Shown one piece after another: positions 26,061-36,947 of a DNA stretch of 64,000 nt. The number at the start of each line of letters is the position of its first letter. Position 1 is the first letter of the stretch. The stretch is taken from the NCBI GenBank assembly GCA_020536535.1, contig JAHLWZ010000714.1, positions 42,167 to 106,166 on the forward strand, read 5' to 3'. The position numbers were made by a program, and so were the translations under genes. The notes below the pieces were generated by a model. It did no database searches and had not been told where the DNA came from. It worked only from the letters and a program-made list of their open reading frames with translations. Source of the DNA: Pelomyxa schiedti (taxonomy: Eukaryota; Protista; Evosea).

Positions 26061-27443
26061 TCACGGTTTAGAATGTGGTGGTGTTGTGGTATTAGTGGTG
26101 GTATTAGTACCACCCAATGCCGATGAGGCTGCAGCATTTGTTGGTGGGTGAACCCGGCTTAGAAGGAATTGTTGCACAATAGTAAATTGCTCTATCTGGT
26201 CCTTGCATTGCTCAAATGTCTTTGCAGGGGCTTCAGCAACAGCACCTCTACACAATTTAGTTAGAAGTCAGACTTTAGAGTATTATGAAATTATATAATT
26301 ACAAGATATCACATCGTAATTTAAAAAAATGTGGGGAGATGAAGAACTTTTGTTGCTGGAACCATGCAGCCCAAGTCAGAGAGCTAGGATCAGGAGGGTT
26401 GACACCTGGTGGTGCACCAGTACCACTGGAACTAGGGCTCGTGGGAGGTGTGGTACCAACCTTAGATGGTGTTGCCGGATTCTTGGAACTAGTAGTGGAC
26501 GGGAGAGAAGGAGGTGTGTTTGTTGCCAGTGATGGTGGTGTATTTACAGGAATAGGAATTGGGTTCGCGGTGGCGAAAGGGTTCAGAAGAACAGTATTAG
26601 GAATAGGGGCTGGAGTTGCAGTTGCAGTTGGAGGAGGATGAGGAATTGAGGGAGTAGCTGGAGGGAGAGGAAAATCGGGAAGCGGAGTGGGAGTGTAGGC
26701 TGGAGTGGATGGTAGATGCGGAGTTGGAGTGGCAGTTGTATGTGGAGGGGTTGGCTGCTGCCCTTGCAGGAGTGTTCTGAGCATCTCTATTTCTTGCCGC
26801 TGCTTCTCGACTTGAAGGAGAAGAGTCGATGTGTCTGCCTTACCAGTACTTGGGTAAGGAGGAGGGGGAGGCAAGGATTCGATTGGTTGCTGTGGTGGAG
26901 GTGGTGGAGGCGGTGGATTTGATGCACGAACAACACCAGGTTGCGAAGGCTTAGTGCTTACCTACTTCAATATTAGTACACCCCCCTATAATAAAATAGT
27001 ATTGACTTTTTTTTTTGCGTTTTGTTTTCTACTTCATACATCCTTCCATTGTAATTTATGGTAACAAGAAGAATTCACAAAAGATTGGACATAAGCAGGG
27101 CAGGGATAGGTACCTGAGGTAAGGTCGGCTTTTGTTCTTGCAGTTGCTGGGGCGGAGGCTGAGGCTGCTGCTGCTGGACAGGGCCGGAGCCGGGAGGCCC
27201 GGCGAGGGAGAGGAGCAGCTGCACGGCGGTCTCGAGGTTGCCGCGGGCGGCGGACACCACCGCCTCGATGAGGAACACGGGGGCGTTGGGGAACAGGGCC
27301 TGCAGGGTCTGCACCTGCTGCTGCATGTGGGCCTGCTGCGCCCCGGGGTCGACCGCGGCGGCGCCCCCGGAGGCGGGGGGAGGCGGCGGGGGCGGGGGCG
27401 GCGGAGGGTGCAGGGCTGGGGCGCGAGCCGGGGGAGACGACAT
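26061..27443 (-). CDS. CUE (ubiquitin-binding) domain protein, Pro-rich
   Basis: VQTLQALFPNAPVFLIEAVVSAARGNLETAVQLLLSL fits the CUE consensus (FP motif, C-terminal LL). Confidence 0.75.
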
Positions 27444-27792
27444 TGTTGTTTGTGGCGGAGCGTACGCTGCTGTTGGCTCGCAAGGTGCTGTTGTTGATGT
27501 TGGAGTTGTTTTTAGGGCGAGGGGGGAGTTGTTGTTTTGGGTGGGTTGTTGCAGTGACGCCCCTCCAAACCCCAAAACGATTGTTTTGCTTTTCGACTGG
27601 TTTTCGCAGTACCCTTCACCCAATCATCCTGAGGGAGCCTAGCTTCTGCTGGACTGCACACAAGCAATAGAATCGCCCTCTTCGGGGGATGGGGATACAG
27701 GAACCACCTAGATCCAGCAAGCTTAACCAACTACCAAATAACAAAAAAAAAAACAAAGACAAAGAAACAACCAGTGAGAGTAGTATCCAGTG

Positions 27793-29736
27793 ATGTCGTA
27801 CCCGCCCATGGCGCGACCGTACTTGGTGAGCAGCGGGGGGCCGTACCCGCCCCAGCCGCTGCCCCCCGCCGCGGCCCCCCCCTCAGGGTACGGCGGCACC
27901 CCCCGCGGGCCGCCGTCGCAGGCCAGCATGGCGCTGCAGAACCTCGACGTGCAGTTGTCGCAGCTGCGGATCTACAGGGACCCCACGAGGGTGAAGGCCG
28001 ACTGCGCCCAGTTCCTGGGCGTGTACTCCACTTTCGCCGTCACTGTCTCGCCTTTGCGTGCGTGCCCCAATGTCCACTGCGCCTCCCTTTCGTTTGCCTA
28101 TTGGTTTTTGTCGTCTGTTTTCACTGGATTTTTTTTTTTTTTTTTTGTGTTAGTTTTAGTTCTTTGGGGGTTGTGAGTGTGTGTTTTTTGGGTGGATATT
28201 GTATTTATTTATGATTAGCGGCCAATGCACCTGGTGCGTCGAGCCATGTTATTTCCTTAACTGGGGGGACTATTCCTGTGTCATACAAAGGTTGCTTCGT
28301 TTCAATTCCTTTTTGTCATGTTGGAACTAAAGATGCATGAAAATAGACAGTAAATACAATATCCCAATAGCGATTTATATAATTGATGCGTATCCCTCTC
28401 GGCCACCAATTGTATTTGTGACTCCGACTGCAAGTGATTTCCCACCCACTTTCTAAGAAAAATACCCACCAATCCTTAAGATATGGCACTTCAGCCTCAG
28501 CACCGAAATGTTGGAACCTCAGGGTTATGCAATACTCCTTACCTTGCGAATTGGAATATGAGTTGCAATTTATTAGGAATGGCACAAGAATTGTGTTCAA
28601 TATTCAGTAGAGATCCTCCTGTACGCACCGTATCTAGGCCTGCTCAACCCCCGACTCAATCATACAATGGAGGTGCTGTTTATACTTCCTACACAAATGC
28701 AGCTACACCCGGCTATGCACAAGGAAGTTACGCTCAGTATCCTCCCTCAACAAATATAACATATCCATCGTCTACACCCTCTTACCTTACAAATTCTGCA
28801 ACGTATCCTGTTTCTAATCCCACAACTCCACAACAAAATTATCCTCCATCAAATTACCCTATGAATGCAGCTACTAATTACCAGGCATCACAGCAGTCCA
28901 CACCATATGGCACTTCATCATACACACAACCACAATACCCTGGAGCCACCACCGCATATCCAACAGAAGGATGGTCATCTTACCCCGCCAATTACTCCCA
29001 AGGTGCATATCAGCAGCCACAGCAGTATTATGGACAACCACAACAACCGCCACAGCAAACACCACAGCAGCCGGCATACGCACAACCACCCCCACAAGAA
29101 GACCCACAGGTAATATTACGTAAGGTATCAGTGCAGAGACTGGAAGAAAGACTGCAACAAAAAATCCAAGAATATGTAAAGGTAACTTTGTCTTTGACAT
29201 GTGTATACCTAAGCTTGGCAGGCCAGTCAACAGGAGCTTGAAACTCTTCAAAAGTCAGGAGCGGCGCTCCAAGAGGAAGTCAACAGACAGCAACAACAGC
29301 TGGCCCAAATGAAAGCAGCAAACCTTGCAGCTGAAACGCAGGTCCCGGAACTGAATTCCCAGCTTACAGCTGTTACTAACTGGGTGGAACAAAACAAAAA
29401 TATCGACGTGGACATAGACACACAAACCGAGCTCAAGGATGTTTTGTTGAATCAGTGTGTCTTCTTCCATTTCTTTTTCTGCCTCTAATACAATCTAGGC
29501 TTGTCCGCGAAATAGCAAAAGAGCACGCAATAGAAGACCTTTTATTCTGCCTGGAACGGCAAGCCGGAAAAATTCCTGTTGATGAGTACCTCAAGGTAAT
29601 AGTCCTATCATCTTCAACAACAAATACTAATATATATAAAAACACACAGACCGTGCGTGCACTTTCCCATGAGTTGTTTGAGTACAAAGCACTCATACTC
29701 AAAATCCAAACAACAAGAGGGATGAAGGGGTCATAA
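27793..29736 (+). CDS. TSG101: ESCRT-I subunit TSG101/Vps23 (UEV, Pro-rich region, coiled coil, steadiness box)
   Basis: GTIPVSYK..YNIPIAIYI, HRNVGTSG..TPYLANW, IFSRDPPV, C-terminal AIEDLLFCL..IPVDEYLKTVRALSHELF. Confidence 0.9.
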
Positions 29737-29878
29737 TTAAAATGTAGTTTCAACGAAACGACAAGTTCGTTGTTGTCAACCGGGAACTTAATTACGTTTT
29801 TGTGTCTTGGCATTTATCTAATTTGCTCAGTAGTGGCAAAAAAAAAGAAAAAACCACAGGAGAGGCGCCGAGATCCAC

Positions 29879-32079
29879 ATGGCCGCAGCCCGTAACGACA
29901 GGTGGTGGGAATCGGCTGTCGTTTATCAGGTCTACCCTCGTTCGTATCAAGACAGGTATTACCGGTTGTTTTTCTTGTTTTCTCGAGTTGAAGCACCGTA
30001 GTAATGACGATGGTGTCGGAGACATCCCTGGGATCACCTCGCGATTGCAATATATACGCGACTTGGGTGCCACTGCCATTTGGATAAGTACGTAGTAGAG
30101 AAGAGAAACCGTTTACTAACACTTCTGAAGGTCCTATTTACCCCTCTCCTATGGTCGACTTTGGGTACTGCTTTTTAGATTCCTCGTGTACTCATTTTTA
30201 AAAGATATGATGTCAGCTGTTACACGGACGTGGAACCACTCTTTGGAAATCTCGCTCAGTTCGATCAGTTACTTGCAGTTGCTCACTCCCTCGGCCTACG
30301 TGTTATTTTGGATTTTGTACCTAACCACACATCTAACTTGCATCCATGGTAGAATACAAGTCGTTGGCTTTATCTCATCGAAGATTGCAGGTTTCTTGAC
30401 TCGAGGTCTTCTCGAAGTTCACCAAAGCGCGATTGGTATATCTGGAAGGACCCGAACCCCGTCACTGGCGGACCCCCAAATAACTGGGTCCCGCATTTTG
30501 GAGGTCTGCCAAACGCGGTGGCTGGCGTAGTATTTAAACTACCCACAGGAACGACTGCGTGGGAATTTGATGACCTGACGGGCCAATATTACTTGCATCT
30601 CTTCACTAAAGAGCAACCAGATCTCAACTGGGACAACCCAGAAGGTCCATACTAGAAAATAGCCTGAAAAACTAAGTACGTTGCAGTGGAAAGTGCAATG
30701 CTGAATTCAATGGAGTTTTGGCTAAGGAGGGGTGTTGATGGCTTTAGGGTTGATGTCATATGTCTTCTCGCTAAAGATAAGATGTTTCGAGACGATCCAC
30801 CAAACCCAGAATGGAACTCGAGCATGCCATGGGGCTCCTCTATCTTGAGGTAAAGTTCCTCTCCGTCGGTTTATTTCCTGCACCTGGATGACTGTGTAAA
30901 AAGAGTATTCAGTGAGGACCAACCACGCGTGCACGATATCATTTCGAGGATGCGAACACTAGTTGACAGGTATCTTTACCCTGTCAGTTCTTTTCTAAAA
31001 GACACCGAGGTATCATTCTGTGCTTATCGGAGAGGTCTGGTATGAGTATCCTAGACTTGTGAAGTACTATGGTGATGATAACGAGTGCCACCTTCCGTTC
31101 AATTTTGGTCTCATTCGTACTGAATTTTCTGCTGCTGCAATAGCCGAAGTAGTATTTCCCATTGCGGATTTTCTCTAATTTCGATGAAGAAAGTATGCTC
31201 CTATGAGAAGGAATTAAGAAGCACTCTTAATGGCTGGCCGAATTGGGTACTGGGAAATCACGATGTTTCTAGGGTTGCCACACGCATAGGTGCAGAAAAG
31301 GTGGCGATTGCCCAAATGCTATTGCTCACCCTAAGAGGAACACCCACTCTCTACTATGGTGATGAGATAGGGATGCACGATGTAGGGATGATTACTCATT
31401 ATCTTCTTTTTACCCTAGTAGGTTTGTATTCCTCCAGAAAAAACTCAAGATCCAATGGCGAAGGCAAAAACTCTTGGATCCGAGGTATCACGAGACCCTG
31501 AACGCACGCCCATGCAACACAACGCAAGTGCATTTGCCGGATTTTCCAGTATTTTCCACATCTGAAGTCCTGTCCGTAACCCAATCCATAGATGTTGAAC
31601 CGTGGTTGCCGGTCGCCACTGATTATACAAAGAACAATGTAGAAGCCGAACTAAGGGACCCACAGTCAATACTCACCCTCGTAAAGCATCTGCTTTCACT
31701 TCGCGCAGGAAAAGACTCGGCTGCCAAGCTACTGTGCAGTGGAGATTACCAACACCTTCTGCCTGACACCCCTACTACCCCAAGCACGGCACCACACCCC
31801 TGCCTAGACCCAGGCTCCATTCTGGCATTCAAGAGGGCTCTACCCCCCTCCATGGCAAGTGGGACTCCTCCAAGTGGCACTCCCACCGAGCACGGCTCTC
31901 TTCCCGCCATCATTTCAGTGCTTAACTTTGGTGCTATCTCACAGACAGTGGACACGGGACTTGACGGCACAGCCGTTGCAATTGCCTCCACGCTCATGGA
32001 CCACAGCTCCCTCAAGCCTGTCGACTTGCATTCTGTCACTCTGAGGCCATTTGAAGGGCTAGTCCTCCACCTGGCCTGA
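29879..32079 (+). CDS. GH13 alpha-glucosidase / oligo-1,6-glucosidase-like, ~11 introns
   Basis: [88 protein letters not shown]. Confidence 0.95.
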
Positions 32080-32324
32080 ACTTCAGTCTTTTGGAAGTTT
32101 TGTTCAAAAAAGTTTTCTTGTGGCTATTTTTTGTGGATCAGATTGGCCTGCACGTAGTGTTCGAACATGACACTGGAAATTAGGGATCTTCAGAGTCCCA
32201 CGGTCAGTACTTTGTCATGGTCCTCACCCTGTGTACTACCATGTGTCACAAACCATACCATACACCCGTGACCCACAAAAAAATCAACAGTAACACCCTT
32301 TCGACTTGCCTTTGAGTTGGGGGA

Positions 32325-32437
32325 AAAAAAAAAAAAGAATTCGACTCTTGAACCATCCGGGCCAGTGCGCAGTGGGAATCGAACCCGGTACCTACTGGTT
32401 TTGGGACACCACCCATAAACGCCTACACCAGTGGACC
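32325..32437 (-). ncRNA. tRNA-derived Pol III-type element (SINE head or tRNA pseudogene)
   Basis: Minus strand: GGTCCACTGGTGTAG (tRNA-like start with A-box), GGTTCGATTCC B-box at tRNA-like spacing, then a long T-run; acceptor and T stems are imperfect. Confidence 0.65.
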
Positions 32438-33032
32438 TTATAAAGGTTATCGTAGCCATAGAACCGCCGCCTTTCCCCCGCCACCACAACATCGATTGAC
32501 GCTGGACTGTGTGTGGTTGTATTTTGGTAAATTAAAAAAAAAAAAAAACGGTAGAAATTAATTAACAGATACAGATACGAGCCAGCAGCAACCCCCAATG
32601 AAGATGATTGATTTGTTGATGGTAAATAAATATAAGACTGGATGTATCCCTAAGGTCCCCCAAATCCAACCACGTCTCACACAGGTAGTGGTGCCAAAAA
32701 GATTGTCCATTCCAAAAATATTCATTTCATACCCAAAAAAGAATGGTGGAACAATTACGTCCAAGCGTCCCACCGAAGCGTGATTTTTGACTGAAAACAG
32801 TTTGTGAAACAAGTCAATTTTTAATGGTTTTCAACAAGAACACCGATAGGAGAGGTAATATCCATTCCCCACTTTAGGCAAAATTGGGCTCCGGACTCAA
32901 CAGTGGACGCTGGGGGCAAACATTTTTTGGCGGTTGTCCTCCGAGGACTTCCCAGAAAAACATACAAAACGGGAAGGTCGGTGTGTGTTTTTTTTTCTTC
33001 TTTGCCGGATAGGTACCTCTTTCACCACCTTC

Positions 33033-33724
33033 CTGCGGGTAGTGACGTGGGCCGTTGTGGCGACAAGAGAATGTACAGTCGTGTGCCCCCTAGACCGGTG
33101 TTCCCGGATATGCGACACTAGAAGAAGAAAAAAAAATGTTTTTTTTTCCCTTAAACACCCATCAAAGCTTCCCCTACACTCACACTTCAGTCCAACCCAG
33201 GCCTGGGAAACAACACTCGTGCAGGTAATCGTCGCCTGCACACAAGGGGAAGGCTCACCGCTTCAAGAGACACTGTCCCCCTGATGGCCACTTTCCAGAA
33301 AACCTGGATTATTTTTTTCCTCTTTGACTGTCGCAAATCCGGCACCACCGGCTTTGGGGGCAAACTACTCCTCTTGTACCCGCAATCACAACGAGCCACG
33401 TCACAGTTCACAGTTTGCAGCCCAAGGAGTCTCGGTCAGGGAAAAGGAAAGAAAAAAGCATTTTTTCGCGAACATCAGATCACCCACTCACCTAGTAGCC
33501 GGAGGAAGGGAAGCGCTCAAGCCCTCTGCGTTCAGATGCACGTGCACTCTCATGCCATTCCTTGCGCCTCCCAGCTCCTCCAAGTCTCAAGCTGGACTGT
33601 GATTGTAGCGGAAGCAGACCTTTTTTTTTCCTCTTCAGGTGTCGCAAATCCAGCATCACCGGTCATGGGGGCAAACAGCTCCGCTTTGGGATGCGAATAC
33701 AATGCCCCACGTCACGACCCACAG
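33033..33724. repeat. Three 85-bp modules with conserved blocks at invariant spacing (33033-33117 inverted; 33329-33413 and 33640-33724 direct)
   Basis: Consensus TGTCGCAWATCCRG-N3-CACCGG-N4-GGGGGCAMAC-N22-ACAA-N4-CCACGTCAC-N4-CRCAG, each preceded by a T-run; no indels. Confidence 0.85.
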
Positions 33725-33945
33725 TTTGGTGTCCGCTGCCAGACCCGAGAACCTTTCACCGAACAGATCTAGCCAGAGGCTCAGATCCGGACTTAGACTT
33801 TTAGGTTAAGAGCTTTCTATTGGTAAGTCTATTGGATAGATGTCTTTTCCGGACACTTCTAAGAGTTTTTTTGCCCCCTGTGGGCAATGGATATGGCGAA
33901 ATAAAAAAAACACCAGACCGCCGATCCTGAGAGACAACAAGGAAA

Positions 33946-35322
33946 ATGACAGCGTTCCGGTCTGTTGTTTCTACAGTGGTTTGCAAAAGTAGGGTAAATA
34001 GTGACTGCGTGATCGCAAACAGGGACTTGAATGGACTGGGCATCACACTACCACCACCACCACCTCTTACACAGCAACAAGCATCACGGCCAGCACAACA
34101 GTGGCAAATGCCGGCACAACACTCGCAACAGCTACAACCACAACCGCAACAACTGTTCCACCAGAACTGGGTCATTGCGTGCTATTGCTGTGGCCATCCT
34201 ACAGAGTTGCGGGTAAAGAAAGAATACTCCAGAGGAAAAGGAAAAGAGAAAGACCGGACTCAGGTGAGAATATATTGAATATTCTTTACTTGTTCTTGCT
34301 AATAATTAGCAGAACCAGCAAACTGGAAGCGTCTATGATAGGTTGATGTGCAAGTGTAGGTGCCAAGGACACTTTCCAGATCCTTGTGGAGGTAAGTAGG
34401 CACTGTATTCAATTATGTTGTTCGGCTGCTTACTTTCAGCTTGCGATGACTGCCGTCGATTAATCAATGCTGGGGACTTGTGTGGCTGTGGGTGTGGTGG
34501 CTGTGATCCTGCTGATGATGGAACATGCCAAGGGTGCTTCTGACGACACTGTAGTGGCACAGTGTGCCAGTACGCAATACCTGTTGCCCTTATATTTTTG
34601 TCACATTGTACAGGTTCTGTTCATGTAAATGCGCAGGCTACCCTGACGCTACGGAAAAAGAGTGGCCTGCCTCCAAGGCAGCCGAATTTAATAGAACTCT
34701 TCAGTTCAACCTCTCAAAGCAAGGGGCCAAGCAGGATCTAGCCGGCCTCAGTGAAAACCCAGAACTGCATAATGCTTTGGCTGAGTGTGTGGCAAGCAAC
34801 CCTTTGGCCATGTCTGCACTTACCGAGAGTGTACAGATGAATCTAAGTAAATCTTTTTTAATAATTCCTTTTCACTCAACCACTACAGGAGGAAGATCAA
34901 GTCAATGTGGGCAATCAACTGCTGATTTCATCAGTTCTCTTCCAAAACGAGTGCCACCACCTGCTTTACCTGTTACAGACAAAAACCTGGCTAAACGATT
35001 GTGTACTGACCAGGCACCTCCTGACCCTATAAAAACAACCAAAGGTACCTTCTCATTTACTCTACCCACGCCTCACACTATTGTAGTTCTAATCCAAAAA
35101 CTGAGAAAAATTGCTGGTGCCGAAAATGCTGTGCTATTTCAAGCCATGTTTTCTGTGGTTCATGATTACCAGAGGTTTATTGACCAGTACGACGATGCTG
35201 AAGTTGAAGAAGCCACTCAAGCGGGACTACCCAAAGGCTGTAAAATTAATACGGGAACAACTGAGACAGGAACTACTTCTCGATTGCGGTACAACACCCT
35301 CACCACAAAGTCCATAAACTAA
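33946..35322 (+). CDS. Cys-rich (putative Zn-binding) transposon cargo gene with an in-frame TGA at 34541-34543; start uncertain
   Basis: Spliced frame: ..IACYCCGHP..MCKCRCQGHFPDPCGACDDCRR..LCGCGCGGCDPADDGTCQGCF*RHCSGTVCQFCSCKCAGY.., continuing into ORF 34564-35322. Confidence 0.6.
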
Positions 35323-35362
35323 AAAAAAAATTAAAAAAAAAATTTTTTTTAATTTTTTTTTA
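35320..35362. terminator. A/T palindrome between two convergent stop codons (putative bidirectional 3' end signal)
   Basis: T-A10-TT-A10-T8-AA-T9-A spans the cargo TAA (35320-35322) to the transposase TAA (35360-35362). Confidence 0.45.
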
Positions 35363-36624
35363 ATCTGGGTTTGTGTATGGCGTGTATGGGAGACCAGGAA
35401 CATAGTAGTGGCATGCAGACGCAAATTTCTGTACCAGTGGGCCATCAATTGCAAAAGCGGCCTTGTAAATATGTTGTGCAAGATTCTGTTCTGTTATTTG
35501 ACCAGGTGACTCGCGGAGGCACCTCTTGACTTCAGCAAAGCAAAGCTCAATCCAGGCTAGATCAGGTGAGGCTACTGGCCTAAAAAGGGTTGAGGCCTAA
35601 TAAGAAAAGAAAAGACAGACCGCGGTACCAGAAGGTGACCTTCCTGTGCAACTAACGCAAAGATGGAAGGGTGAAGGTGTGCCTTGTGATTGTCCATCAG
35701 TAAAATGCGTTTTTGGCCACGTATTTGCGGGAGTAATACTACAGCAAGCCAAACATAGAATAGTGATGTGTTGAGTGTTCCTGGAAACACAAAACAACCC
35801 AAAGACCCAACATTAACATCAGCCCCCATTATTAAAGTGAGGTGTTTTGATTGTGGTGGCTAAGTTATTATTAGTGCAAGTTTAAGAGAATTGCAAAGAG
35901 GGATGGTGAAACATACATGATGGGTGCGACCAGGTTGACCAGGCAAGGAGTGCCCTTTGCGTCTTGCTGTATCCAACAGGGTGCACCCCATTTCATCTAA
36001 ATCGAGCAATACCTCAACTGGTACACAAAAAATACTAGGGTAATATTAGAATACAGAGTTAGGAAATGAACACAAACCCATGAGGAGTCTCAGTAAGGGT
36101 ATTGGTAAACCAGGCCCGTCGTTGTGCCTATCAGGCATTAGAGGGCAAATGTATCCAGCAGCGACGAACCTCGTTTCTCTCTCCAATAATTTTTCGGGTA
36201 GTAAAACGAAGGTGGAAGCCAAGTTTCTTTATAGCACGGCTGATTTGCCAAAGCCTGACAAACCCCAATATTTAAGAAATACAATACTGAAGAAGGAGAG
36301 ATACTTGCAGAATTCATGTGTTGCCGCGAGCACAACTGTCTGGAGCTCTTTTAATGTTGCTACTGGGTACAAGAGTAAGGTCCAGGCAATCATATAACAC
36401 GCCAAAAAACTCACAGAAAAAGGCCTCCCAGTTCGTTTTCGTACTTCTAATTGAGGTCCTAGCAGGTGGTTTTTGCATGTGCCGTGGTTGAAGTGATCCA
36501 CACCTTGCTGCCGGTACCGGCGTACCATGCTTTCACTCACTCCCTCAATGCGGGCTACGACGCCAACTGATTCGTTCTGATGGCTCAATACCCGTCGGCG
36601 TTTGGCAAGGGGGTAGCAGCTCAT
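35360..36624 (-). CDS. DD34E transposase (IS630/Tc1, DDE_3-like), 5 introns, open after splicing
   Basis: N-terminal HTH (VARIEGVSESMVRRY, TGRP, TLKEL..QISRAIKKLGF); catalytic LLDLDEMG, ILLMDNHKAH, SPDLAWIE with 34 residues between the second D and E. Confidence 0.92.
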
Positions 36625-36947
36625 CTCCTCCCACGATTTTTTTGTTTTTTTTGATTTTTGTTGTATTTTTTTTTGGGTGGTGCGTTGGAAAGGGGGGATG
36701 CAAAAAATAGTGGAAGGCATCGAAGCTTTCCTTGTTTGGCCAGTTGCCTACGACTTCCACATGACCAACATGCCACATCCACCACACAAAATTTTCCAGA
36801 TGCAAAAATTTCTTCAAAAGTTTTTCACGACTTTTGCAAACCACTGCAGAAACAACAGACCGGAACGCTGTCATTTTCCTTGTTGTCTCTCAGGATCGGC
36901 GGTCTGGTGTAAGAGAAACTGTAAGGGGAAAAACGCATAACACTGTT

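Larger units (their letters stand above)
33910..36910. mobile_element. IS630/Tc1-superfamily DNA transposon (~3 kb) carrying two convergent genes
   Basis: 81-bp inverted repeats at 33910-33990 and 36830-36910 (1 mismatch); right end reads GGTCTGGTG|TA; encloses a DD34E transposase and a Cys-rich gene. Confidence 0.85.

Noticed and set aside
32598-32783. Short ORF with KIFISY resembling a TIR-domain start
   Set aside because: Stops shortly after the motif; no further TIR features.
33402-33460. RAG/Transib RSS-like heptamer (CACAGTT) after the 85-bp modules
   Set aside because: No ACAAAAACC nonamer at 12/23 spacing, and the heptamer is not conserved in the inverted copy.
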